Part shown: in pieces, positions 32,861-49,670 of the stretch
Layout: each line of letters begins with the position of its first letter
Position numbering within the stretch: the first letter of the stretch is position 1
Assembly (NCBI RefSeq): GCF_009914755.1
Contig: NC_060936.1
Length of the DNA: 64,000 nt
Origin: the human T2T-CHM13v2.0 reference genome, Homo sapiens
Reading direction: 5' to 3' (one strand)
Notes under the pieces: model-generated
Told to the model about the DNA's origin: nothing
What the model saw: the letters and a program-made list of their open reading frames with translations, nothing else
Databases searched by the model: none
Made by a program: the position numbers and the translations under genes

Positions 32861-34409
32861 TCGCGCCCATGCTTAACTTTTTAAAAAGAAAGGGAGAAGT
32901 AGCCTTTGATAAACCCATATGCATCCTGTTTTGCTTTTTCCACTTTCATTTCTTTAGTCTTTGTTAGAACAGATGTACCAGAAACCAAGTTCAGTAAAAA
33001 TTTGTCCATTTATAGAAAGCATCGTTAGAAATTATAACGGTTGCTACATTGGACAAATATACAGATTTCTTTGTGTGTGCATGGGTTTGATTTTTTTTTT
33101 TTTAACTACAGGAAAATCTTTACCTTTGTTTCAGTTATTCGGTATTTGCTCTTTTTCTATTTCCGGAAGATATCTCACTGGATTATATATAAACATCTTG
33201 AGAATAAGACCTTTGTATGCTTGTTCACAAGGATGCCTCAGTGCCTAATAGAATGTTTGACACATAGTAGGAATGCAAATATCTGTTGAAATAATGTGAA
33301 GATGGTTTACTGGTTCTCTGGTTTAATAGAGTATTGTAATTCTGCTTAATGTTTCATTTAAGGATAACCCTTAAAAATTGCCATTTTGACACTGTCAGTT
33401 ATTACTCGTCTAAGTGGGCACTTACAAGTTTTACTGGCAGATGACCTTTTCTTCCTTGCTAGATTGAGAGCATTTCTTGTAGCCTATTTGCTGTTGATTT
33501 AATGGGCAGGGGCCATCTTTAAAAGCAGACTCTTCTTGATAGTTGGTTTAACTAGAAAAACATAAAAACAGTAAGCTGGAGTTTTAATGTACTCTGCTTG
33601 TTGGTGTATATGTTGTAAAGCTCTGTATACATATATTTTTGAATCTCTTTGCAGTTATTTGGCAAAAAAGCTAAAACATGGGAGTGAGGATGTGGTAAAG
33701 TTCTTTTAGGTAGAATATGTAGAAGAATTTAGCTAATTCATTTATAGTCGTCTTTTTCTATTATAGGGAAATTGGCACCTACTGTTGAATAACAGGTGGT
33801 TTTAAGTGGCTTTGACAATAAACTTGTGCACTGTATTTTGTAGTTAAGCTTTATATAACGTGTTAGTGTTATTTAACTTCCTTTGGTGTATAGAGGGGTG
33901 GTACCCAGAGGAAAATTTATGTACTGTTTTTGGAATTTTTTATTATGAATAAAAATTTTATATATGAAATATTACTGAAACCCACAAACAAGATTGATTC
34001 ATCAAAGAAAACACGTTTCCCAAGAGGTGTTTGTTTACTTATTTCTATTATTGGAATAAATTACCCTTTAGGGAATTGTGTTGTTAATCCTTGCTCAGTG
34101 TATTTGCCAGCTGCTAAATCTATGTGATACTATTGTACTGGGCAAGAATTATTTCTCCCCATCTCTACAATGCTTAATGTAACTGCTGATGAATTTGTAG
34201 TCGTGATATACAGTCTACAACAAAGAAGCCTTTCATATGTCACAATTTCTTAAAAACCCACTTATAACCAGTTTAGTTGGTATTGTAATAGTTTATTCAC
34301 ACTTCAGGACCAAAAGGTAGAACTGATTTATGTCTGTAGAATAAGTTAAATCATTTGTACTTATCTAAAGCTATTGTCTGTCATTACTACTTTCCTTAGA
34401 AAAGTATGT

Positions 34410-34545
34410 GTTGTTTTGTTTTTTTGGTAGAGATGAGGTCTTGCTGTGTTGCCCAGGCTGCTCTCAAACCCCAGGGCTCAAGCGATCCTCCTGCCTCGAC
34501 CTTTCAAAGTGCTGGGATTACAGGCATGAGCCAACATGCCCAGCC
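34410..34545 (-). mobile_element. FLAM / Alu left monomer
   Basis: Single arm with agaaa(a)gtatgt duplication. Confidence 0.85.
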
Positions 34546-34881
34546 AGAAAGTATGTTTTTAATAGAAACTTGTGCATTATGAGGTCCTAGAGAGCAGATA
34601 TATTTGTTTCTTGAATATATAATTTGTTTCTTGAATGATTCACTAAATGGCAAGTGCCGGAAAAGTCTATTCCCACTGGATTGTAAACTCTGGTTTAGAG
34701 TAGTGCCTGTGTGTGCTTAATCACACTGAACTCCTAATTGTGTAACAGGGTGCCTGTCGCATAGTAGGGCTCAAGTATATGTTGAATTAATGATTCAGTG
34801 AGTTCAGGGCAGATAGTTTGTATAGAATTTAATAATTTTAATGTATTACTTAAGGGTAACATTTAAAAATGGTCATTTTGA

Positions 34882-35163
<282 letters not shown>

Positions 35164-35676
35164 TGAAATTTTTACTGTCAGTTGATACTTGTCTCTACAT
35201 ATATACTCTAAAATTTTATTAGTAGATTATTTACCTTTCAGAGTTTTAGATTGGGGTCTATTTATCTTCACAGTTCCTACTATAAGAGAAACAGGTCTCC
35301 TGCAATGGTGATAATAAGCAGGATAGTAATATAAGAAGTATTTCTCTTTAGTAACGAAGTGGCAATATCCATAAAGAGGTAATATCACTAAAAGTTAGGC
35401 ACATATTTGTGTGCAGGACTTTGGAATGGTTTATGTGAATGAAAAGTACAGATGACACAGTTAAGGATTTTAGCAAATACCTTTATAAGGTAACTCAGTG
35501 TCTTATGATCAAATTAGGAATTCAGGAAAAAAAATCTCAAATACTTGTGGCTTTTTAATTAATTAAAAATTAGTAATAATTTTTATTACTCTAAGAGTTC
35601 TAGAGGAATTTTGATACAACATACTGGCTATTAAGGTGTGATGTACAAGATGCCCAAACATCAAAACAAAACTAAT

Positions 35677-35969
35677 CTTTTTTTTTTGAGATGGAGTTCT
35701 GCCCTGTCACCCAGGCTGGAGTGCAGTGGTGAGATCTTGGTTCACTGCAACCTCTGCCTCCTGGGTTCAAGCAATTCTCCTGCCTCAGCCTCCTGAGTAG
35801 CTAGGATTACAGGCATGCGCCACCATGCCCGGCTAATTTTTGTATTTTTAGTAGAGATGGGGTTTCACCATGTTGGCCAGACTGGTCTCGAACTCCTGAC
35901 CTCAGGTGATCCACCTGCCTTGGCCTCCCAAAGTGGTGGGATTACAGGTGTGAGCCACCATGTCCGGCC
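35677..35969 (-). mobile_element. AluSx-like
   Basis: Antisense Alu; aaactaatcttt at 35668 and 35998. Confidence 0.95.
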
Positions 35970-36649
35970 CTTGTTTTTTTTTTTTTTAGTCCCAATGAAA
36001 CTAATCTTTGTGGCACTTAGGACTTTCAAGTCTTTCTAAATAGTGAATTCCTCTAGTCTAGGATATGCCTGGCATGGCAGGACTCCAGAGTTGCTGCTTT
36101 CTTGTTTATTGATAATCCTATTGGTAACTACTGCTAATAAATTTTAAATGCAATTGAATATTTCTATATAATAATATCTAGCTTTTTACATTTCACACTC
36201 CTCTACAGAAATACTCCTAATTTTAGGCCAGAATGAACTCATGGTGGGCGTGGGAGTGGGAGTGTGGTTGGACTGGCAGGGAGAGCTGGTAAGTCTGAGA
36301 ATATACCCGGAAGCAGCCCCAGGCGAGAGTGAAATCTCTTGAAAGTCTAGTTATCTTTTAAAAAAAACACAATGCTCAAAGCACTTTTCATTTCACTTTT
36401 TACTGTGTGTGAATTTAAAAATAAAACAGTATTTTAAATTACTCTAGATTAAATGCAGGCATTATGTCTCTCCTGTGTATTCTTAAGTCCTAGGCACACC
36501 ACTGCCTATGTTTAAAAAGGTACATTTGGAAAGCATGTCTCTAGCTTAGAGTTTTCTTTTTTTTAAACCCCAAATTTGGGCCATATATTGGTAGGTATTT
36601 CTTCTTGTGATGCTTAAAGTATATGCGGATACTTCTCTTCGCTTCGCTT

Positions 36650-36855
36650 CTTTTCTCCTCTCTTCTCTTCGTCCTGTCCTGTCCTGTCCTGTCCTGTCCT
36701 ATCGTTTGAGACAGGGTCTCGCTCTATGGCTGAGGCTGGAGTGCAATGGCATGATCATGGCTCACTGCAGCTGCTTTAAACTCCTGGGCTTAAGCAGTTC
36801 TTCCTCTTCATCCTTCCAAATATGTGGGACTACAGGCGTGCACCACCGTGCCCAG

Positions 36856-36895
<40 letters not shown>

Positions 36896-36986
36896 TGGAG
36901 ACGGAGTCTCATTATGTTTTCCTGGTCTTGACTTCCTTAGCTCAAGCAGTCCTCTAACCTCAACCTCCCAAAGTGCTGGGATTACA
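36650..36986 (-). mobile_element. AluJ with (CCTGT)n tail
   Basis: Diverged antisense Alu. Confidence 0.85.
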
Positions 36987-38489
36987 ATATTTTCTTTTTA
37001 TTCTACTTATCCCACAAATACTATCTGGCAGCTTACAACAAAAACATGTACCAACAAATTGGTAAAAATATGTAAATAAGATACTCAAATTGCAAACCAG
37101 GGAGAAATAGCAATCCAAGTAGCAATCTTGAGGAGGTGTGGAAGTGTGGAGGAAGATAGGACACAACTGTGCAGGCCACAGGAGCCTACCTAGTTGAGCT
37201 GGGATTTTAGCTTTAAGCTTCCAGGAAGCCAAAGAGAAGGAAGACATCATACCTTTGTATCTTTTAAATATAAAAATGCCTATATCTTTAAGAAAACAGG
37301 CTAAATATTTGGGGGAAACAAGACATTTTCTAAATAGTTACCTCTGAAGAAATTTCTTATGTGGAGTTCCGTATCAGAGCTATTAAGTGTTGTAGTGGGT
37401 AATGTCTTTAACAGTATTGTACAGTTAATATAGTAATAACCTGCATAAGGCTGTTTGTCAGGATTTCCTTACCCAAGACATAACTGTGAACAAAACTCAG
37501 TGATACCATTTTCTTAAAGCATCATGTGATTCAAGTATGTTGTTTTTTAGATTATTAACTTCATCTGTGGCTAAAACTTAGAATAATTAGGATTAGATGA
37601 ACTACATAATCTTTAAAAATATTTATGAATATTACTGATTTCCAAGACTTGAAAATATGTATTTTTCTTTAATTATAAAAGCAATACATTTTTATGGTAG
37701 AAAATTTATAGATGTTAATTAACTATGCATATTTCTATGTGTAGGTATAAAAATACTATATACAAATACTATATTATACTGTGAATATATAAATGCTATG
37801 TATACTACTTCATGCATGTGTATGTAAAATGTAAAACTTATGTATTTCTAACCCCCCCCGCCCCCTGGCAATCTTTATTAATACTTCGGCATACTTTCTT
37901 CCAGTCTTTTTGTATGCATTTTTTAAAAAATTGGGCATGATGATATATGCCTTTTACAGTCTCTAAATATAGCATTAGCATATTTCTGTAGTATTTGATC
38001 ATAAATTATTTTCACATCTGCATAATGTATGTCTTTTGGAAGCCTATAAATTCCTCTCTTGCGTTCCATGAGGCTGTACTCATTTGTTCATTTTCAGATG
38101 TGTTTTGTTTGTTTTTGCTGGCTTCTCTTTTGCTCACCTCTTAAATATGAGCTGGCCAATTAAGGCTGTCAGTCGGCTTCTCATCACTCTTTTCCTTGAT
38201 CATATCACCCACTGCTCAGAGCTTCAGCTATCACTTCAAACCGCTCTTAGAACCTCAACTCTAACTCCAACTTTATGCTGAATTTCTGGCCCCTTAAATC
38301 CAATTGCCTGCTGAACAAGTGTGGATGCCCTGAAGGCATTTCAAATACAGCTTGTTCAGAAACAAGTCCTTCATCTTCTCTCAAAAGGTTTCTCTTCTGA
38401 TATTCTCTGTGTTCATCATCTCTGTCTTATACTAGAAATATGACATTAGATTCTCCCTTTCATCTCAAAGTTACATTCTACTTCTGACA

Positions 38490-39130
38490 AAAAATTCAAG
38501 TATATGAGTGTCAACCATGCATCATTGATTAAGTCTCTGGTGATAGAGTAGTGAACAAACCAAGCGTTTGTTCTCATGGAGCTTACATTTTAATTGGGAG
38601 AGACCCAAAGTAAACAGATTAGGTGAAAATGATAAGAAGAGTGGAGGGTGCTCATCTATTATAAGGTGGTCAGGGGACATCTTCTGATAAGGGGACATTT
38701 GCAGAAGGACCTGAGCCATGTACATATACTGGGGAAAAGGCTTCGAGGAAAGGATAAACAAGGAACTCTGTGTTACTAGACTGGAATGAACAAGAGGTAG
38801 AATAGTGGAGATGGCGGTTAAGTATTTGGCCTCAAAGGCAAAGGTATAAGGACTCTGAATTTTATTCTAAGCAAAATAGGAAGCAGTTGGAGGATATTAA
38901 ACAGAGTATGACACGACTGGACTGAAAGAAGAACAAAGGTGGAAGCTCGGAGACCCATTCAGAGATTTTGCAGTAGTACAAGTAAGAGATTATGATGGCT
39001 TAAAGTGGTAACAGTAGAGGTAATGAGAAGTGGTTATATTCTGGATTTATTTAGGCAACAGAATTTACCGATAATTAGATGGGAATGTAAAAAAAAGCAG
39101 AATTCAAAGGTGACCCTGGCATTTTGTCCA
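38490..39130 (-). mobile_element. L2 fragment
   Basis: tggtgatagagtagtgaacaaac..ctcatggagcttacatt, ttttattctaag..aggaagcagttggagga, gtagaggtaatgagaagtgg. Confidence 0.75.
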
Positions 39131-40459
39131 AAGCATTTATTTAGACATGAAAATCTGGCAGAGTTTAGACTGTCAGAAAATTCTATCTTACTGGACTACT
39201 AAAGTAGCCACTTACTGTATTAATCTCTCTGTCCTTCCATCTCTTCTTGCTTCAGTTAGCGTCTTAAGGCACAGATATGACAGTATAACTCTGCTCATGG
39301 GTTCTTAATGCTTATCCACAGAAGGATGAAGTCAATTCATATTATTTAGATTAAACTGCATCTATCTTATGCTCTCATAAAGCAGAACTAATTTTTAAAA
39401 ATTGTCTTTTTCTTAATTACAAGATAGGATATAGAAAAATAATTGTTTTTAAGGGATACTGTATTAGAAATAAAAGGTAAGACTGTTGGTAGGGATTTAT
39501 GGGGTAGGCACCAGAAAGTCAGTTTTGAAATATATGCGGTTACAGTCATAATCACACCTATTTTTAAACTCCAGTTAAAATATGTAAGATGTATGGGTAT
39601 ATGTAATTTCCCATATTTCTCTATAGGGTATGGTACCTTCTGTTGATTGCCCAGCCAAGTGATCTCCTGGATTTGTGTCTATGTGTATGGTATTAATATA
39701 TAGTACTGAGATTACCATGATGAACAAATTGGACAAAGGTGTCTGTCCTCTTGAAATTAATTGTCCAGCAGGGAAGTAAGTGGCTTCAAAATCATCATTT
39801 CTCAGAAGGGACACACATATTCTACCAGGAATTTCTGCATGTTTTATTTTGGAATTTGTTAAATAGCATTCTCATCTTAGGGTTAAGGCTAGAATTGTCT
39901 TTGATTTTTATTTTAACTATCCTAAACAGCAAGTATTTAATGAAGTTATTTGTCCTCTTCTATACAGTTTATGGTCAAGCTGAGATTCAAACTCAGGCAC
40001 TCTGACCCCAAAGCCTTAACCACCATCCTGTATAATTTGTTATGATCTTACCATGATGATAAATCAAAGAAAACATAAATGTGAATGGTAATAAATGAAC
40101 CTTTGTGGTTGGGGAGTTTTAAAATTAGGGCACATCCATCAAGAACCTCCTTTCCCAGTAATGCATCAGCTGAAATTCTTACTAGTTTTTCTGTGAGAGA
40201 TTACTTAGCTTTACTATTACTTTTTAAATCTTATGTTTGGGATGATGTGCTAAATTCTCAAACCAAACCAGGATAAGATTAGGTGCCATTGATAAATGAC
40301 CTGAGTCAGGATTTTCACTAGAGCAATTGAAAGCTATTTATTAAACACATGTGCTGCTGGACTCAGTAGGGGTGCAGAGAAGTGTCATCTTAAGTAGGAT
40401 TTACGTTTTAAAGTCATAAGAAGATGAATTCCATGAAGTTAAAATCACCTTTGAAAATT

Positions 40460-41420
<961 letters not shown>

Positions 41421-41609
41421 ATTGATATATACATATATATATATTTTATAGTAAATTTTGAATTCTGTTAACTGCCTCTGTTCATAAGAGCTTTAAGAAC
41501 AGCAAAAAGTCATCAAAATTGATCTGTTACTGATTCAGATTGGTGGTGTCATCATTACAAGAGAGGGATGTCTTTTTTTTAAGGACTTTCTCAGATAGAA
41601 CACCTTAGT

Positions 41610-42305
41610 ATTTATTTATTAACTTTTTCAAATTTTAGGGTCAGGAGTACATGTGCAGATTCATTACGTGGGTAAAATCGTGTGTTGTGGGGGTTGGGTG
41701 TACAGATGATTTCATCACCCAGGTAATAAGCATAGTACTCAATAGATAGTTTTTTGACCCTTACTCTCTTTCCACTCACCACCTACAAGCAGGCCCTGGT
41801 GTCTCTTGTTACCTTCTTTGTGTCCATGTATACTCAGTGTTTAGCTCTCATTCATAAGTGAGAAAATGCGGTATTTGGTTTTCTGTTCCAGTGTTAGCTC
41901 ACTTAGGATCATGGCCCCCAGCTCCACCTGTGTTGCTGCAAAGGACATGATCTCATTCTTTTTTATGGTTACATAGTGTTCCATGATGTATATGCACCAC
42001 ATTTTCTTTATCCAGTCCACTGTTGATGGGCATCTAGGTTGATTCCATGTCTTTGTTATTGTGAATAGTACTGTGATGAACATAACACGTGTGTGGTAGA
42101 ATGATTTATATTCCTTTGAGTTATATCTAGAAATGGGATTGCTGGGTTGAATGGTAGTTGTGAGTTCTTTTGAGAAATCTCCAAACTGTTTTCCACAGTG
42201 GCTGAACTAATTAACATTCCCATTAGCAGTGTATAAGCATTCTTTTTTCTGCAGCTTTGCCAGCATCTGTTATATTTTGACTTTTTAATAATAACCATTC
42301 TGTCT
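41610..42305 (-). mobile_element. L1PB/L1MA 3' end
   Basis: Minus-strand ORFs MFITVLFTITKTWNQPRCPSTVDWIKKMW (L1 ORF2 C-terminus) and 3'UTR. Confidence 0.9.
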
Positions 42306-42744
42306 AGGGAACACCTTTTTTAGTTCTGGTATACTTTTTTCTTTAAGTCTATTGTGAAATAAATTACAATTAAATTAACCAGTATTCTGTAGGAGGAAAC
42401 AACATTTTTGTCGGCTAACCCCCACCTTCCAGCTCTCTTTCAGTGAGTAATTTTCAGTTGTAGTTGAAGCACCACAGTAACAACATAGGAAAACTTATAC
42501 TATGACTGCCACTCTTTGGTGAGTGTTTCACATAAGATTTATATTGTCTACTGGTATAATTTAAAGTATTTATTAAATGCCGCAGTTTGAAGTAGGAGAG
42601 AAACAAGATGAAGACTAGTTGTATAGTGGGTACAAAATGTTGTTTATCTGAATAATGTTGATGAAATCGCAATTTAGCATGTGATAAGAGGTAGTCTCAC
42701 ATGTTGAGGTTAAAATGAAATGTGTTTGTATGTTTTTTTTTTAG

Positions 42745-43195
<451 letters not shown>

Positions 43196-43941
43196 TGATT
43201 GTTTTTATTAAAGAAATATAACCTGTTTACCTTGTCAGTAAATATGTCCCCAAAATAATTGAAGATAACATTTTTAGCTTCTAATAAGAAAGCATAGATA
43301 GTGGTGAATAGGGACACAATTTTACCATATAAGGCATAATATTTTGCTGTCATTCTTCTTTTAAGACCATTTTAGAAGTATAAGTATCCTTTCATTTGTA
43401 AAGGGTGAGGATGGATACAGAGGAAGGATGGACTGTGTTTAGTTTTGATATCCTGCATACAAAATCAGCCTAATGCAAGAGGCATTAGAGATCTGTTGTT
43501 AAACTCCTATTATTCATTATATTGTAATTGGTACCTCTCCTCTATTAACACATGATCTTGGGATCTGCTTCATTTGTCTTTTTAAGTCATAATTCTCTTT
43601 GAGTTTGAAAATTGTGTTATCATGAATCATTTTAATTCTTCAGAAACCCTTGGAAACACACCTGAATGTCCTGAGTACATACAGAAAATGACTAGAGGCA
43701 TGTTTTTGGTATAGACTGTTACTAAACTTAATCCAAATAGTGATCTCCTTGGAGAATTGCATGTTGATTACTAGGGCTGGAGGTTGTGACTCTAGGTATT
43801 ATATATTTTTTCCTAGTTCTGTTACCCATTGTCTAAAATTTTCTTCCTATATTTCTTTTATTGGTAGGCAAAAATGAAATTGCTAGGAAAATAGCAACAA
43901 AGGGTTTACACTTAAGCCATAAAGAATTCAAAAGAACTATC

Positions 43942-44022
43942 GGAGATTGCAGTGAGCTAAGATCGTGCCACTGAACTTCAGCCTGGGCGACAGAGTGAGA
44001 CTCCGTCTCAAAAAAAAAAAAA
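43942..44022 (+). mobile_element. heavily 5'-truncated Alu (3' end)
   Basis: TSD aaaagaacta. Confidence 0.9.
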
Positions 44023-45078
44023 AGAACTAGCTGATTAGGTTTAGTTTAGTTTGGTGGAGGAATAGCCTGGAAAATTACTAACTCAGGTCTTTTCCATGCC
44101 TTACATTTTTAGGTCTGGAACCATGGAGTTTTGAAAAGTTAGGGCTCAGTGAGAAAGTTAACAAGGACTTTGTGAGAAAGAAATCAGAAAAGGGATAAAT
44201 AAAGGCCATCCAGGGGCATGATTGTCAAGGAAGAGAACAAAGCAGAATGTCTTTCTATGCCAACCACTAAACAAGAGGAATCTGCAAAGCAGATAATTTA
44301 TATGGTGATAATTAAGAGTATACTGTAATAAAAGAGATCAGCTGCATTAATTATTTATCTGACTTGATTAAGAACAATTATTTGTCTTCTTTAAATGCAT
44401 GTGTACCAAATTTGGCATGGCAAGATAGTTTTACTAATGAGATATTTGGCATGAGGCAGTTATCTGTTGTAGCCTCAAATCAGGATTTTGCCTTTTTTCT
44501 TAGGGCTAGTGACCTCGATTACAGAATTACCAATTATGTAATCCTTTCCATCATAATTTTATAACTAATATATTCAAATGCCCATCTATATATTAAGTCT
44601 TTTACTTCAGTCATTAAAAATTTGTATTAACTATACTTATTAAGTAGTTTTAATAAAAATATTTGGTTTTTAAAGTTTATAGCTATTGCTGTATCTGTAT
44701 TTATGCACTATTTTGCAAAGATATTTTGACTAGTCAGTGAGATTTTCCCACTTGTGATAAAATGTAAAATCTTCAGACAATGAAAAGAAAAATTATCTCA
44801 AGGTAAATTTGTGCCTTGTGCATTGGAAAGCTCAGTTTTCAGAATTTTTTATTTTCTCCATCAAATATTGTCAGTTTCCCCATGATACCTTCTCTGAGAA
44901 CTTGATTCTGCTAGAATCTAATAGTTTTGGTGCTCTTAGTTGGACTTACGTACCCAGTAATTTACCCCTCTTTTTCAGAAGTAAAGCTTGAATTGTGTAA
45001 GTACCAAATATTTTTCCATGAAGTTTAGAAAAACACTAATGCTTATGTGTTGTTGCTGCTTAAATTATTAGGTTACTA

Positions 45079-45383
<305 letters not shown>

Positions 45384-45834
45384 TTACTAAAGAGAAAAGA
45401 CCTGTGTTCACTGTGTTCATTTTAAGCTAGTGCAAATTTTTATGAAATCTTTCTGCTAGTCATTTTATTCCTAAGTTTGAGCTTACATGCTAATATATGT
45501 GGCTCTATTTAAAAAAAAAAAACAAAGAAAATAAACTCATGACTTAGAGCTTAATTTTTCATATTGCTATTGCCTTTTATGGGGGATATCTCTAGTTTTT
45601 AAAAACTAGATACTTAAAGCACACACTCTCTTTCATAAGAATTACTGAGGCAGTAATTTTAAGTGTTAACCATATCTATAGTTTCTCTATCCTACTTATG
45701 TCTGAATAAAAATGATTTTTTAGGTAGATAACACGATTTTAAATGATGAATAGTTTTTTACTTTTACATAGTATTAGCTCTTTAAATACGTCAGTAAGGG
45801 AGACATAGAGCAGAGACCCAAATGTATTTACTTA

Positions 45835-46316
45835 ATAGGGGTTCTTAAACTTTTTGGTTTCAGGATGCCTTTACAATGTCAAAAATTGAGGCCCCAAAGA
45901 GCTGTGTCTTTGTCAATATTTACCATATTAGCAATAAAAACTGAGAAATTTGAATATTTTATGCATTAAAAGAACCCATATTAACATAATTAAAATATTT
46001 TTATGAATAGTAATTCTTTCAAAACAAAAAAAATTGTGGAAATTGTGAGCAAGGTGATACTGGTTTATACATTTTAGCAAATCTCTTTAATGTTTGGATT
46101 AATGCAAGACAGCTACATTCTTGCAGCTGCTTCTGCATTCAGTCTGTTGTATTATACATCATTCTGCTTCTGGAAAACTGCTATAGACTCATGACAGAAA
46201 GTGAAAAGACAAATGATATTTTAATAATATTATGAAAATAGTTTTTACCTTGTAGACCCCCTGAAATGGTCTTCGGCATCTGTAGTGGTCCCAGACCATA
46301 CCTTGAAAACTACTGC
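45835..46316 (-). mobile_element. hAT-Charlie MITE, MER119-like
   Basis: Ends ggggttcttaaactttttgg / gaccataccttgaaaactactg; internal tattatgaaaatagttt.acct.gtagaccccctgaaa. Confidence 0.65.
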
Positions 46317-46722
46317 ATTTTACGAAGAAGATTGTTTCGGTAATGACTGATTAAATCCTATCAAGGAAATGAAGGCCAAATGTAGTTATCTTTTTATTTT
46401 TTCATGTTCCTTTTAGGATGTAAAATAAAGGTTATTTGTTAACAAAACCGTAAACCAAGGAAACATTTAAAATAGGATTCTGTTTTACAAAAGTTGTCTA
46501 GTCTCTAAAGCATTTCTTCTCATAGATACTAAGACTTAGCATTGGACCAAGATATTGTAAAAACATGTACAACTATACCCTGAAGGAAGAGCTCTTCAGT
46601 GTCTTTGAATCAGTGTGGTTGGCCTTATCAAATCAACCTCCTGTTGTGAGGAAGTCTTAGGTTACTTAATGATGTGTACTGCTCTTTTAAAGACTTGTGA
46701 CTTATATTTGATTGTCTCATGA

Positions 46723-47025
<303 letters not shown>

Positions 47026-49670
47026 AATATAGAGATACACTTGCGCTCCACAGCACTGTAATGCCAGTGGCATTGAATTGCTAAATTATGGACTACAACC
47101 AAGTCAACTGTTTTGGACGTTTATCTTCTAAACTGCTGTGTTGAAAGTATTGATGACTGGCTTTCATCTAAAAAGAAGAGACCAATACGAGCACAGTATA
47201 TGAAGGTTTCTCATACTTAAGTTCCAGGTTTTTATCTGGTAAAATGTTACACTTACTCGGTTGTAACTGAAGATATGGTATGTTTGAATATTTACTATAA
47301 GTCTTTCAGTTTGACTAAAAATGTGAAAGTTGAATTTAGTAGATGATCTTCACAGTTCCATATGTATAATGTGCCAGGTAACTCACCTGCCCCTTAAGAA
47401 GGGAACCTTGAATTACATAAGCCGTACCTTTGATGTGCCTAATAGTTTCAGATGTCTTAGTTTTTTATAACCATAGTTGATTAGGCCAAGAGGCATTCAT
47501 TTCTTATTTAAGCTGGCAAAATTAGCAGGAATTAGAGAAGTTTAAAAAGATAAATGGTTTTATGATAATGTTAACCATCTTTTGTTAGTAAATATGCGTT
47601 CTATTATTTTAATCATTGATGCCTTACAAAAGAAAACATCTTTTCTAATACCCTGAATATGTGCTGTTCTTAGAATCATCTATGGATTCTTTTAAAGGTT
47701 GTTTGTGAAATTAGTTTTCCCTTTTTAGAATCTCAGGAGTAGTGGGGTAAAGACATTTCCTGCTGTCAGTGGATAAGACAGAGCTTGTTAACTGTTTTGG
47801 CAGTAGTTAAAATCAAATTGTACACTTCTCAGCCTGGGTTCATGCTTCATCATTAATACACCTCACAGTGCCTAAGGAACATTTACTTACTGGTCAGAAG
47901 GTATTTTGGAAGAGTTTCATATTAAGGAGGAACAAATAATAATTTTAAGTTCTTAAAAATTACCTAAAACACCCCAAATATAAAAAGAAGCCTTCACACC
48001 TATTCTGTCTTTAGGATGTCTTAAATTATTAGCAGTACTCCTTTTTTAAAAACACTGTAAAAGTAACCACAAATATGTGAGGACTTACTATTTTAAATGG
48101 AATGGAATGAGCTCCATAGATTAGTTTTGAATATAAAGTATATAAAAGTGCATCAGTGGTTTATATAGGCTTTAAAAACATGTTATCTTACAGTCCTTTA
48201 AAGCAGCCATAGAGTTTGTATCATTTTTCAAGCCAATTTCAGTCAGGGATTTGAATTGTTTGATTATGGATGATAAATGTGTCATATCTTATTAATATGT
48301 CTCATGTCTCGTTCCTTCTTAATATGATTTAGCTGGAATTCATTTTCTTTTCGTTTCATGTTTAATTTCATAAAACGTTTAACAATTGGCATATATACTT
48401 GGCATTCCTGTCCACCAAGGATTGTAATCCAAGCCTGGGAAAATCTTAAATTTCTTTTTACTTAAATCTGGAAATTTGTCTCCATTCTGCCACCTTTTTT
48501 TTTTTTTTTTTTTATAGTGGAGGGGAGGAAAGGGGGGTGATACCTTGCAGTAAGTAAGTCGAAATAGCATGCCTGAAAATTTGAAACAGACCATTCTAAC
48601 ACCCAAGGCTTGTTTATAAAATACTTGAGAATTACATTAATGTGGAATCAACAGATGCAGAAGAATATAACATAACTTTTAAAAGCTTTCATAAATACCA
48701 GCAGCAATTGTAAGCAAATCTACAAAGGTTCTTGAACCTTTCTATTATATACAAAACTGAAAAGTCATTAAGGAGTTCAACTAATCAGGAATTAAATGGT
48801 CATTTATTTCATGCAGTATGATTTAAGGTATTTCTTGAGATTCTGGTCAAATGTCATAATCAGCAAACGGGATTAAAAAAAAAACTCCAAAATCACTAAA
48901 TAATTATCTAAATAATGGTATTGGAGAACTTGTTTCCTGCTATTTGGAAGAGATTGTTGCTTCATTGCTAGTTTGTATTTCTAACTTCTACAGTTATAGA
49001 CTCCACTGTGCTTTGTGTCTGAATTTCTCAGTATAGACATTTTGTTTACTGTATGCTTGCATATTTATTTTCAACTTTGTTTGTCTTTAAAATTGCTTGA
49101 GGAAAAATGGTTGTAATTAATTTCTGCTACAGAAAAGCCACCTGGTACGTTTTGTCTCATCAGGATTGTTTTAAATTCTAAACTATAAGTTTGTTCAGAG
49201 GGGCTTTTGCAATGATAGCAGAAAACTGTACAAATGTACAGTTAGTTATAGAGGTTCTTGTTGAAATGAACTTACCATCTGATGATATGTATGTACAGCT
49301 GTGTACTTGAGTCTTTTTTAGTTTACTTAGAAAGACTAGCAGTTTGACCTGTTAAACAGGACTAGTTCAAGTCAAGAAACTAAGGTTGTTGTATACACCT
49401 GGAGGCATCTGTTATTCAGCTTATCCTTTGAGTGGGTATTTGGCACAATGAGGATAAACTTATGTGACCCACTTGAATGGCTGATCTAATAATGTTGACA
49501 TTATGCATTCTGTACTTAGTGAAATGTCAGATGAAAATAACTGATGAATAATTTTTTTGTATTAAAGGGATGGGAAAAGAACACATGAATTTGTTAATAA
49601 AGCACTATGATCTGCAAACGATGGAATGTTTCATAAAGATCTAAAGAAATAAAGGAAACTTTAAAACAGG
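47026..49670 (+). other. TMEM263: TMEM263 3'UTR (~2.6 kb, AU-rich, no recognisable repeats)
   Basis: Runs to clustered ATTAAA 49561, AATAAA 49596 and 49648 with U-rich downstream element. Confidence 0.7.
49596..49653 (+). terminator. TMEM263: TMEM263 polyadenylation signals
   Basis: AATAAA 49596-49601 and 49648-49653. Confidence 0.7.

Noticed and set aside
47060-47074. IRE-like hairpin AATGC-CAGTG-GCATT in the TMEM263 3'UTR
   Set aside because: Five-nt loop instead of CAGUGH hexaloop and U rather than the bulged C; not a canonical IRE
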